64,000 nucleotides of DNA from an uncultured virus (IMG/VR IMGVR_UViG_3300044701_002566) (Duplodnaviria; Heunggongvirae; Uroviricota; Caudoviricetes). The translations under genes were made by a program, and so were the position numbers. Positions 50,342-60,096 of the stretch are shown here, piece after piece (position 1 is the first letter of the stretch; each line of letters opens with the position of its first letter). The stretch is from the IMG/VR virus record IMGVR_UViG_3300044701_002566. The stretch is one strand, 5' to 3'. Under the pieces are notes generated by a model that had not been told where the DNA came from, ran no database searches, and saw only the letters and a list, made by a program, of their open reading frames with translations.

Positions 50342-50830
50342 ATGGCCCCTTCACCGATTCTCTTCACATTCACTGACGAAGAAAGGCGATTGGCGATGGA
50401 GGAGGGCCATCGAAGGCAGGCTGTGAATGAAGCGAAGGGGTTAAGAGGAAGGAACAGGGGGCCGCGATTTGGGGACAAGGCTTTGCAGGTGCATCTCCTG
50501 GGCGCCGCTGGGGAGATGGCGGTGGCGTCTTACCTGGGGCTCAAGCACGAACTTTACAAAGAAACAGAAGCCAAGCGAGGTTCCGATGATCTCCCTGGCA
50601 TTGATGTTAAAACGCGATCAAAGAAGCATTATGATTTGATAGTGCAGAAGAATGAAAGTCCAAGCAAAAAGTTTGTGCTTGTGACCATTGAAAATCAAGA
50701 AACCTTGCTTCATGGATGGTGCTATGGAGAGGAAGCAATGATGGACGAATACTGGGCGGATCCTGCGCGTGGGAGGCCGGCATACTTCGTACCGCAAAAG
50801 GCACTGCGATCAATGGAAAGCCTAAGGTGA
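50342..50830 (+). CDS. PD-(D/E)XK-like nuclease
   Basis: GAAGEMAVA...DD...IDVKT motif; GTGA overlap with the terminase. Confidence 0.6.
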   Translation: MAPSPILFTFTDEERRLAMEEGHRRQAVNEAKGLRGRNRGPRFGDKALQVHLLGAAGEMAVASYLGLKHELYKETEAKRGSDDLPGIDVKTRSKKHYDLIVQKNESPSKKFVLVTIENQETLLHGWCYGEEAMMDEYWADPARGRPAYFVPQKALRSMESLR

Positions 50831-52203
50831 CACTTCTTCCATCGGATTTTGCAAAGCACGCTCTTGGCGTGGAACTCTGGCCTAAGCAGCAAGAGATTCT
50901 CAACAAGCTGTTTAGCAATAACATCAACCATGCCATCTGGGCTCTAGGGCGCAGGAGTGGTAAAACATTCATGTCGGCCATTGCTGCCTGCTACATGTGC
51001 TTTGTCCTCGATGAGCACTTCACTCGCAGGGTGCGAAAGGGGGAGAAGTGGTACATTATTGCCGTGGCCAATGATCTTGGTCAGTCAAAGATTGCTCTTG
51101 ACAACATTCGCCAGTTAATCATCAATAGTCCGTTTGAAGAGGAGATTTCAAGGGAGACAAGCCTAGAGATTGAGATTAAGAACAACTGCGTTTTTCAGGC
51201 GATTCCGGCATCGGCCCGTGCATCCCGTGGTAAAGCAGTAGTGGCCATTCTTCAGGATGAGCTGGCTTTCAGTATTGAAGGCGATGCCAATAGGGGTGCG
51301 GAGGCCATGTACACGGCTCTTTCCCCTTCCATCGCTCAGTTTGGAAAGTACGGAAAGATCATTGAACTATCGTCTCCCTACCTGACCTCCGGCTTGTTTT
51401 TTGATCATTTCAAGCAAGCGCAAAGTGGCGACTTTCCTGGGATGCAAGCCCTACAGGTGCCAACTTGGGAGATCAATCCTCACCTCCCATGGGGGTGTGA
51501 CTTCCTGGAGAACGCTAGAAAGAAAGATGAAGAAGCATTTTGGGTGGAGTTTGGCGCCCAGTTCCGCGCCAACAACTCTGTACTGCTTGCTCCAGAGATT
51601 GTTGACGTAGCAGTGAACAAGGATCGGACTATCTTGCCGCCAAAGTTGGAGTTCAAGGGCACATACGTTCTCGCTCTTGACCCGGCGCGTGGTGGTGTGG
51701 GTCGTGACGATTACACTGCAGCCATCGTTCACTATGAAGGGGAGCGCTTAGTGGTAGACAAGTTCCACGCCTTCGATGCCGACTTTGAGATTGGTGGCAA
51801 GAAAGAAGTGAACATTGCGCGAGTGGAGGAATGGATTAGAGAACACCATCGCACTTATGACTTCAGCAGCATAGTTCTTGACCAGTTTAACAGCTCGGCT
51901 CTTATTCAGTCACTGGCAAAAGACTTTCCCATCTCTGAACTTGCTTGGTCCGTGAGTAGCAAAATGAAAGCATTTAGCAAGATGAAAGAGTTATTCAATG
52001 CCGGCCTTATTGAGATGTATCCCCATAAAAAAGCAGTGTGGCAGCTCAAGAACCTCAGCGTTATCTATAGGAGCAGTGGTCAATGGAATGTGACTGGTGG
52101 CAAAGAATCTGGTATTGATGACTACGCATTCGCGTTGGCTGGGGCTATTCTTGAGGCATCAAAAGATGATGACATAGACTGGTTGAGGAGTTTAGTCCAC
52201 TAA
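50827..52203 (+). CDS. terL: Terminase large subunit
   Basis: GRRSGKT Walker A, ILQDE Walker B, LSSP, LALDPA and IDDY nuclease motifs. Confidence 0.93.
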   Translation: MTLLPSDFAKHALGVELWPKQQEILNKLFSNNINHAIWALGRRSGKTFMSAIAACYMCFVLDEHFTRRVRKGEKWYIIAVANDLGQSKIALDNIRQLIINSPFEEEISRETSLEIEIKNNCVFQAIPASARASRGKAVVAILQDELAFSIEGDANRGAEAMYTALSPSIAQFGKYGKIIELSSPYLTSGLFFDHFKQAQSGDFPGMQALQVPTWEINPHLPWGCDFLENARKKDEEAFWVEFGAQFRANNSVLLAPEIVDVAVNKDRTILPPKLEFKGTYVLALDPARGGVGRDDYTAAIVHYEGERLVVDKFHAFDADFEIGGKKEVNIARVEEWIREHHRTYDFSSIVLDQFNSSALIQSLAKDFPISELAWSVSSKMKAFSKMKELFNAGLIEMYPHKKAVWQLKNLSVIYRSSGQWNVTGGKESGIDDYAFALAGAILEASKDDDIDWLRSLVH

Positions 52204-52256
52204 CCACCGCTACAATTTTCACAAATACGCCTTTTCCGTCTTTCCTGAAAAAGCCA

Positions 52257-52424
52257 ATGAACACCATGCTTTCACTCAAAGAAGTCACCTTCCTGGTTGC
52301 ATTGCTGGAAGCGGATAGGCAAACTGCGTTGCAACTTCTTGCAGCAGAACACTTCTACAAGCCTGAACTGCTGCCTAAATTGCACAAGTTGGAGCGCGAG
52401 CTGAAGAAAGCCGAGGGTGTGTGA
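52257..52424 (+). CDS. Small hypothetical protein (55 aa)
   Basis: Hand translation: MNTMLSLKEVTFLVALLEAD... Confidence 0.5.
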   Translation: MNTMLSLKEVTFLVALLEADRQTALQLLAAEHFYKPELLPKLHKLERELKKAEGV

Positions 52425-52860
52425 TGGTCAAGCTCTGCTTTTCTCAATGCGGCATTTGCCGGGAAGTCATTGTGCCTTTCGCAGAGGCCAGGCGCGTGAA
52501 CAGGCGTCTATGGGAAAGAGGAGCAGCGGTGTTCTGGACCGAACGGTTGTGGTAGTATTTCTGAGCTTCCTGCAGGAGCCGCTGGCCAGCGAGGGATTCC
52601 GTCCCCAGTGACAGGAGGGAGCAGGGCCGACCCTGCTTTAATCGTCGTAAAAGAGGAATGAAGGCCCTCTCGACACCCTCTTGCTCTACTGCTAGGCTTG
52701 AATCACGTTCGCCGTTTGCGAATTGCAAATGGTGCATGTTCAGTCACCAGGGAACGGGGGTGGCTTCATGGAGAACGTCAATGAACAAACTCTTTCTCAT
52801 TAAGCAACAGCTTCTGAAAGCAGCACGCCTGAAGGCCGCTCAATCTGCCTCCATTGCCCA

Positions 52861-53079
52861 CTACTGCCTAGCCTTGGTCTGATTGCGTTCTTGCATTATC
52901 AGCCAATCTTTCAACTCTGCAACATACTCCCTGAGCATGGCAGCTTTCTGCTCATGCCAGGGAAGTCCTGTTTGTAAGTGTAGGGCGGTGTGATTGTCGA
53001 TTGCCTTAAGGCAATGATGAATAGAAGCATTCCAAGGCGCACGCACGTCAGTGTTGAATGTGCGCCTTTCGGAAGTCAC
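52861..53079 (-). CDS. Hypothetical protein
   Basis: GTGA-coupled ORF. Confidence 0.6.
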   Translation of the reverse strand: MTSERRTFNTDVRAPWNASIHHCLKAIDNHTALHLQTGLPWHEQKAAMLREYVAELKDWLIMQERNQTKARQ

Positions 53080-53594
53080 AGCCCAAAGTAAGCTCTGATC
53101 TTCTCCAATGCTACAGGCTCAAGGCTGTTCCTCTCTAAACAGGCGTTGAAATACCGCTTGTCCACTTCCCCATCGCTCGTGTGGACTAGGTGAGCATGAA
53201 GGTGGCCATGCACATTGCCTTGATAATGCCCAGTCAGACCAGCAGGATGCACTGGCACATGAGTGAAGATGAGGCCATCACGAAAGTATGCTCCTCTAAC
53301 GTCCTCAAAGACTGCTGCATAGTCCCTGAGTCGAAGTCGATCATGGTTGCCAGCAATGAGCACTTTCTTGCCATTGAACTCCGACATGAGCTGAAGAGCA
53401 GGCTTACTGAATGCCACATCACCCAGCACATACACTCTGTCTTGAGGATTCACCTTTTTGTTCCATCGCTTCATCAGCTCATGGTGCATGTCCGCCAGGT
53501 TCATGAACGGACGCAATGGGGCGCCATCGGGCGTGACGAAGGTGAGAATACCAGCGTGGCCGAGGTGAAGATCGGAGGTGACGTAAGCAGTCAC
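53076..53594 (-). CDS. Calcineurin-like metallophosphoesterase
   Basis: SDLHLGH, LGD, GNHD and HGHLH motifs. Confidence 0.88.
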   Translation of the reverse strand: MTAYVTSDLHLGHAGILTFVTPDGAPLRPFMNLADMHHELMKRWNKKVNPQDRVYVLGDVAFSKPALQLMSEFNGKKVLIAGNHDRLRLRDYAAVFEDVRGAYFRDGLIFTHVPVHPAGLTGHYQGNVHGHLHAHLVHTSDGEVDKRYFNACLERNSLEPVALEKIRAYFGL

Positions 53595-53613
53595 GGGCGC
53601 AGTGCTAGGAGCA

Positions 53614-54477
53614 CTAGCCTACCACGCTCTCAATCCACGCTCGATCTGCCACTAAGCTCTCTTGGTTTCTCAGCAGTGTGCCATTGAAGCCGTCCATACG
53701 CAGCACGGCATCGCCTCGCCTCCATGCTGCCGCCATTCCTGGCAGGTCTGAATAGAGAGGGCGGCTATGGTCAGTGTCATAGATGTAGGCTCCCTTGAAG
53801 CCCTCTATCCGTTCGCCATTGGCAGGCGCCACCCAGTCCACCTTCATGCCGCTCAGCCAGTCTTGAGAGCGCCCCAGTGAAGGCTTTAAGCCTGTTGCAT
53901 AGCCAGCGCCGATGGGGCCATCGGACCACTTGCGCCACCACTTCACCACTTTGGGCTGGAACCATGCCGTGCTGTAGCGGTAGAGTTCATTGCCAACATG
54001 CCCTGTCACGTTGTCATAGCCATTAAGCGTTTGCGCAACTCGCTTGACATGGGCGCGTTGATAGGTGTTCCATGGCCCTTTGGTGTGGACAGTTTCAGGC
54101 GTTGCTGGGCGATTCTTTGCCGGTAGTGTTCTTGTCCAATGATTATTCCAGCCTTGTTCATAAGTTTGAAAGGTGTGCTCAAACAGTCGCACTACTACTA
54201 CAACGTCGCGCTTTTCAGTCTTGGATACTACTTCCTCAAGCCGCTTGTAATACTTGCCATTGAGACTGCCATCTTCCTTCCATGGCACAAGGCCAATCTT
54301 CACGAAGCCATCACTAGCGCTTCCCCATCGTGACGTACCTGGCACTAGCCCATGAGTTTCAACGGTCCAAAGGGAAGTGATGTTGCCAGTAATTGAATCA
54401 ATGCTCACCGTGCTGCCATTGACAGGCTGCAGGGTATTCCATGTGTGATTACCGGCCCTGTTATACAAAAGACGCAT
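53614..54477 (-). CDS. Putative clan-A glycoside-hydrolase-like TIM barrel
   Basis: YYKRLEEVV, VVRLF and VGNE acid/base-like motif. Confidence 0.55.
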   Translation of the reverse strand: MRLLYNRAGNHTWNTLQPVNGSTVSIDSITGNITSLWTVETHGLVPGTSRWGSASDGFVKIGLVPWKEDGSLNGKYYKRLEEVVSKTEKRDVVVVVRLFEHTFQTYEQGWNNHWTRTLPAKNRPATPETVHTKGPWNTYQRAHVKRVAQTLNGYDNVTGHVGNELYRYSTAWFQPKVVKWWRKWSDGPIGAGYATGLKPSLGRSQDWLSGMKVDWVAPANGERIEGFKGAYIYDTDHSRPLYSDLPGMAAAWRRGDAVLRMDGFNGTLLRNQESLVADRAWIESVVG

Positions 54478-54510
54478 AGCAACTTCCGCCGTTGGATCGT
54501 CAGTCTAAAA

Positions 54511-54928
54511 GGAAGACCACGGCATCGAACCGCGATTGAGAGCCCGTCCCTTCTTCCAGAAGGCCCCAGGTTTGAGCATCGCTGAGAGGCTTAGGGGCGC
54601 TGCAGGAGGCGATCAACCCCCCTGGCCTGCAAACGCAGGACTTTGCCCGATGCAAAAACTGGAGATTTCCGGCCTATACAGAGCGGGAACACAACCCAGA
54701 GATTCCTATTACTGCGTCTAGCGCGGATTCAGAACCAAAGAAAGGGTTGTGGGCGAGGGTGGGTAGCCCGAAAGTGGCAATTTGAAATTACCGGACAGGC
54801 ATCCACCCCCATTTCCGACGTTTGCTAGGTTTTCCGGTTGCAACGTTGGCCAACTCCCCGGAAACCGCCTTGCTGCTAGAGCAAGGGCTTGCGACAGTAC
54901 CGGCAGGCAAGCCCGTCGCATCTGTCGC
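54511..54928 (-). ncRNA. Candidate structured ncRNA (about 420 nt)
   Basis: TGCTATAGT promoter at 54942-54934; 5' pseudoknot pairings; several hairpins; T-arm-like 3' element. Confidence 0.45.
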
Positions 54929-54973
54929 TTGAAACTATAGCACAAAGCCCCTGCTGGAAGCAAGGGCTTGGGC

Positions 54974-55087
54974 GGTGGAGAGCAAACTATTTCTGCAGTA
55001 AGTGTCCTTTTACATGAACCCTGGTCGCCACTGGCCGGTGGCATAGTGACCAAGGAAAGGTCTTTTCCGCTGGCGCCGCTGCACTCC
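54974..55087 (-). ncRNA. Candidate structured ncRNA (about 114 nt)
   Basis: TGCTATAGT promoter at 55102-55094; 5'/3' end pairing; terminator-like hairpin at 54945-54969. Confidence 0.45.
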
Positions 55088-55139
55088 TGCGCGACTATAG
55101 CACCCCACGAACGGGGACGCCTATTGAGCAATGAGTGCT

Positions 55140-55868
55140 TTACCTGCCGTAGGCGGGAAGGTTCAGCGCATTAGTTTCAAAGAAGCTAGGCATGACGCTC
55201 GCCTTCGTCTCATTCAACTCAGGCGCTCTTCCATGGAGAAATAGATTGTCGCTTTGACGCAGCCAGAAGTCCTTGTCCAGATACTTGTTGGACGACTGAC
55301 CCAGTTTGTCGTAAATCCACAAAGCAGTCATCTTGCGGAGCTTGTTCAGGCTTTCGCCATACTTCTCCCCCATCTCTTTGCAGATTTCAGTGTGACAAAA
55401 GGCGTGACAGATTTCATCCCTGGAAATGTCAGAGGCAACAGTCCGCAGCCCTTTGTCACCATTGAAACGGAAGAACGGCAGAATCGTAAAGAACAGGCTG
55501 CGCTCTAGCACGGCCACCTTGGCAATGGGGTGGGCGGGATGATCAATCCACGCCTGGCGAATCTTCATTGCCTCTGCCTCGGCTTGCTCATCCACGCCAT
55601 GAGCAGCAACGACGTAGTTCAGAGCAATGTCGTGACGTTCCTCATCTTTGACGTTGCTTTCAATGGATTCAAGAAGGCCAGGTGTATTCGGCAGGTCACG
55701 CTTGAGCCCCTCAAGCAGCATGTCCTTAACAGGCAGCTCCAGATGGCGAATGGCAAGAGCGCGAAAGATGGTTTCTTCAGCTCCAGGTGCCAACTGCCCC
55801 ATTGTCACGGGAACAGCCTGCCAAGGGCGCTTGCGAGCAACAGCGGAAAAGTAGTCGAGAACAGCCAT
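55140..55868 (-). CDS. nrdB: Ribonucleotide reductase beta subunit (short, cyanophage-type)
   Basis: Ferritin-like E...DEERH...E...DEICH; follows the alpha subunit. Confidence 0.8.
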   Translation of the reverse strand: MAVLDYFSAVARKRPWQAVPVTMGQLAPGAEETIFRALAIRHLELPVKDMLLEGLKRDLPNTPGLLESIESNVKDEERHDIALNYVVAAHGVDEQAEAEAMKIRQAWIDHPAHPIAKVAVLERSLFFTILPFFRFNGDKGLRTVASDISRDEICHAFCHTEICKEMGEKYGESLNKLRKMTALWIYDKLGQSSNKYLDKDFWLRQSDNLFLHGRAPELNETKASVMPSFFETNALNLPAYGR

Positions 55869-55938
55869 TGTTTATTTAGCGAATGGGAAAACAGACAAGA
55901 AAGGGGCAGCACTTAGCCGCCCCAAGTTGAACGCTGAA

Positions 55939-57369
55939 TTACTCAGCGCAAGAACTGCAGAAGCCAGTCTCCATGGAGCAGGCTGCAGGCTCGTCCAGAC
56001 TGAAGAAATCAGTCAAGCTCTCCTCCAAGTCTACTCCAACGTCGTCCTTCGCTTGAGTGCCACTTTGCACTTGCAAGGCGTAATACAGGGAGGTTTGCGG
56101 ACTTTCTAGCCACTCTCGCAGGAAGTCTTCATTGCACACAACCATGTCAGACCACCAGTTAAGGGAATAGCCATGGAGAAGGCCGGTGTCACCAAGAAGG
56201 TGCATGATGCCATCTGCCACTTTGCGGAATGCTTCCCAGCCCACTTCTTCAGCAGTTTCAACCGGCCCGTATTCAAACCGTTCCACGCCCATTGTTTCAC
56301 TATCCCTATCGACAACACGAGCGATGGGAGGGGCAATCTCTGGGGCGGTTGTAAAGCCGCGAGTGTCAAGGTAGCGGTAGGAGCAGGATGCAGTAGGAGC
56401 AATGGCAAAGGCGCGTTCCATGTTGTGCTCTTCAGCGACTTCAGCCGCTGCCTCAATTGCATCATGAAGCGCCATCACGGCTTCACCAGCCTTTGTCTCA
56501 TACCAGAAGTCCCACGCATTACTTTCGACTGTAGTTGTGTATGCCTCCAAAGCATTGCCAAAGTCAGCATAAGAAATGCCTTCGATGGAGAGGAAGTTAG
56601 CAAGGCCAAGCATCCCCAAACCCACTTGTCTATCCTGTTCCGGGGGCAAGTATTCACTGGTCCGACCAACGCCAGTGCGTCCGTGCAGTCTGCATAGCTC
56701 CCTCATACCAGCCGTGAACGCAGGCCGCAGCAAGTCAATAGAACAGGCGCCCATGTTGACATGCTCAAGCAGGCATGTTCCGCGAGACGGCATCGCCACT
56801 TCCAGACACACTTGAAAGTAGACACGCTCACCCTTGGCGTTGTACTTTTTCTTGACAAGCCACACATCCCCATTGGAAATGGCCTGAATCAAAGCAGCGC
56901 GGAACTCGGGAGTGGTGCGTTCAAAGAAGTGTTCGTCTACGTTGATTGCACGCTTTGCCCATTGCAACTCCTGCCTGGTCATGGAAACAAACTCCATCGC
57001 GTCAGGATGGTCATAGTCAAGATGGAGAACTACAGCCCCATTCTTGAACTTGCCGCCACGTCGCAAAATCTCGTTAAGCGTGGAGTAAATCTTGCCGAAA
57101 GAGCAAGGGCCGGAAGCAGTGAGGCCCTTTCCATTCTGTTGTCCGCGAGGGCGCAGCTTGGAAAGATGAACTGCCACGCCAGCGCCATTGCGCAGGCCGT
57201 GAGAAGTGAAACGCCAAGAGGCTTCAATGCCATCAGGCCCTTCCATTGAATCCTCAACAACGATCACCGCGCAACTCACGGGCAGGCGCCCTTCAGGATC
57301 TTCCATCCAGCTTTCCACTCGTCCTGTGCGAGCAACCATCACGCACTGTGCTTTGTCCTTGAGCGCCAT
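55939..57369 (-). CDS. nrdA: Ribonucleotide reductase alpha subunit (minimal, no ATP cone)
   Basis: LPVSC, QVCLE, TCLLEHVN, GLGMLGLA, APTASCS, SLYY and C-terminal CSSC. Confidence 0.9.
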   Translation of the reverse strand: MALKDKAQCVMVARTGRVESWMEDPEGRLPVSCAVIVVEDSMEGPDGIEASWRFTSHGLRNGAGVAVHLSKLRPRGQQNGKGLTASGPCSFGKIYSTLNEILRRGGKFKNGAVVLHLDYDHPDAMEFVSMTRQELQWAKRAINVDEHFFERTTPEFRAALIQAISNGDVWLVKKKYNAKGERVYFQVCLEVAMPSRGTCLLEHVNMGACSIDLLRPAFTAGMRELCRLHGRTGVGRTSEYLPPEQDRQVGLGMLGLANFLSIEGISYADFGNALEAYTTTVESNAWDFWYETKAGEAVMALHDAIEAAAEVAEEHNMERAFAIAPTASCSYRYLDTRGFTTAPEIAPPIARVVDRDSETMGVERFEYGPVETAEEVGWEAFRKVADGIMHLLGDTGLLHGYSLNWWSDMVVCNEDFLREWLESPQTSLYYALQVQSGTQAKDDVGVDLEESLTDFFSLDEPAACSMETGFCSSCAE

Positions 57370-57444
57370 AGACGGAAAAAGCCCGCTGGGCGGGCCGAGC
57401 ATCAACGAAGCCAAGCTAGCGCAGATGCCAGGCCCCTTCAACGC

Positions 57445-57633
57445 TTAGTCACAAAGCCCTTCATGATCTTCGACAGAGCAGCGGTCCTTGGCGAAGAGGA
57501 TGGCATCGTTTCGACTTCTAAACCAATAGGGCTTTCCTTCATGAGCGATGAACCATTGGAAGCCTGGCCTGCTGGCACAGGGCCAGACTTTGATGGAGGC
57601 AATGGTAAAGGGAGTTGGGAGATTGTCGAACAT
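57445..57633 (-). CDS. Small hypothetical protein
   Basis: ORF track. Confidence 0.55.
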   Translation of the reverse strand: MFDNLPTPFTIASIKVWPCASRPGFQWFIAHEGKPYWFRSRNDAILFAKDRCSVEDHEGLCD

Positions 57634-57737
57634 AGCAAGCTCGGCAAATAAAGAAAATCTTTGGAGCTTCCATGAAGAAAGCCCCTAGTCAGCTAAGGCT
57701 AGGGGCGATGGAAGGGAAGTTGTTGTTCGTTGTGAAC

Positions 57738-57935
57738 TTATCGCCTCCTTAGCCGATTAGGCGTACAAGTGCCGTAGCCTTCGCCGTCGCCGTTGCCGTA
57801 GCCGTTGCCGTAGCCGTAGCCGTTGCCGTAGCCGTTGCCGTAGCCGTAGCCGTAGCTGCAGCCGTCGCCGTAGCCGTTGCCGTGGCCGTAGCCGTAGCCG
57901 TAGCCGTTGCCGACGGGGCGGAACAGTTCAGCCAT
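57738..57935 (-). CDS. Gly-X repeat peptide, copy 2 (65 aa)
   Basis: MAELFRPV-(GX)23-GTCTPNRLRRR; repeat spans 57771-57911. Confidence 0.75.
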   Translation of the reverse strand: MAELFRPVGNGYGYGYGHGNGYGDGCSYGYGYGNGYGNGYGYGNGYGNGDGEGYGTCTPNRLRRR

Positions 57936-58255
57936 CACAGCCCCCATTGGTCATTTACCGGCACGCAGAAAATCTCAGCGCCTTCGGGCATGTCCACATC
58001 AGCCATTGGGCGAATGTCAGCGTTGCTGGGGTCTTCAATAACCTTTGCGAAGCCACAGCTTTCCCAGCGAAACACCCACACCGCACGACTGATCTTGATG
58101 CGGCCATTTTCGCGGGTGATGTCACCAGCAAAAATCCAACCACGATCAACAACAATTACAGCGCGATTACCATTGGGCTTGGCGGCAGGAAGAGAATCGG
58201 CCCTGACGTATTGAACGCCATTGACAGAAATGGAGGACAGTTCAGCGGAAGTCAT
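57935..58255 (-). CDS. Small beta-rich partner protein, complete copy
   Basis: ATG at 58255; same amino acids as 1-275 where they overlap. Confidence 0.75.
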   Translation of the reverse strand: MTSAELSSISVNGVQYVRADSLPAAKPNGNRAVIVVDRGWIFAGDITRENGRIKISRAVWVFRWESCGFAKVIEDPSNADIRPMADVDMPEGAEIFCVPVNDQWGL

Positions 58256-58290
58256 GAGAAAGAGACGATGGAAGGAAGGAAGCGTGCCGT

Positions 58291-58665
58291 CTACCCGTGG
58301 GAAGGCGGCAGGCAAGAGGAGAATAGCCCTTTGATGGTGGACTCGTCAATGCCGGGAGCCTTGCTGAGCCATTGATAGACAGCGCCAAATACCTTATCAG
58401 CAGAGCTTTCAAGGTCAGTGGCGCCCTCGGAATAGCCCTCGATCAATGTACACACTTCTTCATAAACCGACATGGGCTCGTCCCATGGTTCAGTTTGATT
58501 GGTTTCTTGCTTTGCGAGCATGTAACCAAAGGCTGCAGCAGTGCGCTTATCTGCGCATAGGTCAAAGGCTTCAAAACGTTCCTTGAGCCGTTGGAAGTCA
58601 GGAGAGGATGCGTTGTCCATGGCAAGAAAAAGGAGACGGGATTGATGAATGGGAGGTTCAGTCAT
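58291..58665 (-). CDS. Hypothetical protein
   Basis: ORF track; start at 58665 or 58620. Confidence 0.55.
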   Translation of the reverse strand: MTEPPIHQSRLLFLAMDNASSPDFQRLKERFEAFDLCADKRTAAAFGYMLAKQETNQTEPWDEPMSVYEEVCTLIEGYSEGATDLESSADKVFGAVYQWLSKAPGIDESTIKGLFSSCLPPSHG

Positions 58666-58669
58666 TGCT

Positions 58670-59017
58670 TCACTCCAGCTCGGCGGCGATGGCGAGGAGC
58701 TGGCGGCGACAGATGGCAGCCGTATGGTCATCCCATACGCGGTCCCCAGGAAGCAGCGGACCATCTTTTCGGCGATCGGTTGACTGATCGGCCGGCACCA
58801 CCTGATCCGCAGCAGCTCGCAGGGCGGCGGCAGCATGGGCGCGGGCCATTAACTGTTGCGGTCCGTTCAACTCTTCCAAGTAAAGAGCATCCAGAACCGC
58901 CTGCGCGGCGGGCGATAACGGCTGAGCTGGTCCAGGTGCATGATGGCCTTGTGGACACAACGCATTGAACTCCTCATCACTGAGGTGGCCTAGATCGTTG
59001 GGGGTGAGGTTAGTCAT
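58670..59017 (-). CDS. Small Ala-rich hypothetical protein
   Basis: LSPAAQAVLDA...AAAALRAAADQVVP...LLAIAAELE. Confidence 0.65.
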   Translation of the reverse strand: MTNLTPNDLGHLSDEEFNALCPQGHHAPGPAQPLSPAAQAVLDALYLEELNGPQQLMARAHAAAALRAAADQVVPADQSTDRRKDGPLLPGDRVWDDHTAAICRRQLLAIAAELE

Positions 59018-59339
59018 CGAGTTGCTCCAAGGCTCGGCGGATGGTATCGGTAATCTCTGGGATCACGACATCCATTCTTTCAATTGTCCCCAGCATTTCT
59101 AGTGCAATGCTGTTCAGTGTCTGGGGTTTTGGACGGCGGGCGGTGCGGAGTGCGTTTGCACCAATGTTGGGATAGTCATGCTGTAACCACTCACAGCACG
59201 CCTCTAGTTCAATGTCGGCACCCCAAGCGGCGGCGCGGGTGGCAATATGAAATTCATAAAGCCAATCGCGTTCGTCGTAACATTTTTCAGAAGCCCATTG
59301 CTCCATAAGTTCGCGGGGTGGCACGGCGTAGTCAGTCAT
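59010..59339 (-). CDS. Small hypothetical protein
   Basis: PPRELMEQW...WGADIELEACCEWL...ARRPKP; overlapped ORF. Confidence 0.65.
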   Translation of the reverse strand: MTDYAVPPRELMEQWASEKCYDERDWLYEFHIATRAAAWGADIELEACCEWLQHDYPNIGANALRTARRPKPQTLNSIALEMLGTIERMDVVIPEITDTIRRALEQLDD

Positions 59340-59695
59340 CGCTCAGCCTCCCGCTCCAGTCGCGTGGCCCAGTAGGCCGCCGCGTCGTCGTCTGTGTGCT
59401 CGCTGAGCCACGCCGCCACCTCGCGGATTGCGGCGCGGGCTTCCTTTCCGTACACAGCCGCATAGGCTGTGCAGCCTTCGAAAGCTACGGCCTTTGCCAC
59501 CCTTTGCACCAACCCACCAGGCCGGTCCTCGGTGGTGGTGGGGGCGTGCTGGGCGGCCTCCAGCGCTTCGATGCGAGAGCGCAGTTCAAGGATGGTGTTG
59601 TCGTACTCAGGAGCACTCTGCTCCTCAAGCATTGCCCACTGCTCAGGAGTGGCGCGGTATGGCGTCATGGTGTGTTGGTGGTGTTGATCAGTCAT
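59336..59695 (-). CDS. Small hypothetical protein
   Basis: RATPEQW...LELRSRIEALEA...EARAAIREVAAWL. Confidence 0.65.
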   Translation of the reverse strand: MTDQHHQHTMTPYRATPEQWAMLEEQSAPEYDNTILELRSRIEALEAAQHAPTTTEDRPGGLVQRVAKAVAFEGCTAYAAVYGKEARAAIREVAAWLSEHTDDDAAAYWATRLEREAER

Positions 59696-59853
59696 TGCTC
59701 TTTGAAGCGTCAATCCAACTTTGAATGAGGGCCTTGTCTGTGGTGGTTCTGAGCTTGTAGGGCATGGTTTTCCCTGAGGGCTTGCCCAGCATAAGCCTTC
59801 GCCTGCCCTCGTCAATCAGTCTCAACTGTCGCTTTGAGACTCACCATTAGCCA

Positions 59854-60096
59854 CTACCAGTCGGGCCAGGAGCCGTCAGAGTCCACTTCCTCCATTGAGC
59901 AATGGACGATGGAGGAAAGGAAGCCCACTTTCTTGGCAAAGTCTGGCTGATAGACGTTGCGAACTTCGGGCTGCAGTTGCTTCAGAAGCTGCGCGACGAT
60001 TGGTTCTCGACTGCGCTGCCGAGCAATGGCAATAGACCATACGGCTTCAAAACGAAACGTGGCATGGCATGGATCGGTGCGCTTGCTGCTGGGCAT
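59854..60096 (-). CDS. Hypothetical protein
   Basis: TAATG-coupled ORF. Confidence 0.5.
   Translation of the reverse strand: MPSSKRTDPCHATFRFEAVWSIAIARQRSREPIVAQLLKQLQPEVRNVYQPDFAKKVGFLSSIVHCSMEEVDSDGSWPDW

Noticed and set aside
50342..50830. Terminase small subunit
   Set aside because: Position fits, but the sequence has PD-(D/E)XK nuclease motifs rather than an HTH/coiled-coil TerS pattern.
54511..54557. tRNA gene
   Set aside because: Only 47 nt, with no D arm or proper anticodon arm. Kept only as a tRNA-like element.
54885..54928. HDV-like/theta ribozyme
   Set aside because: The pseudoknot lacks a recognisable P1.1, P4 and catalytic J4/2 cytosine.
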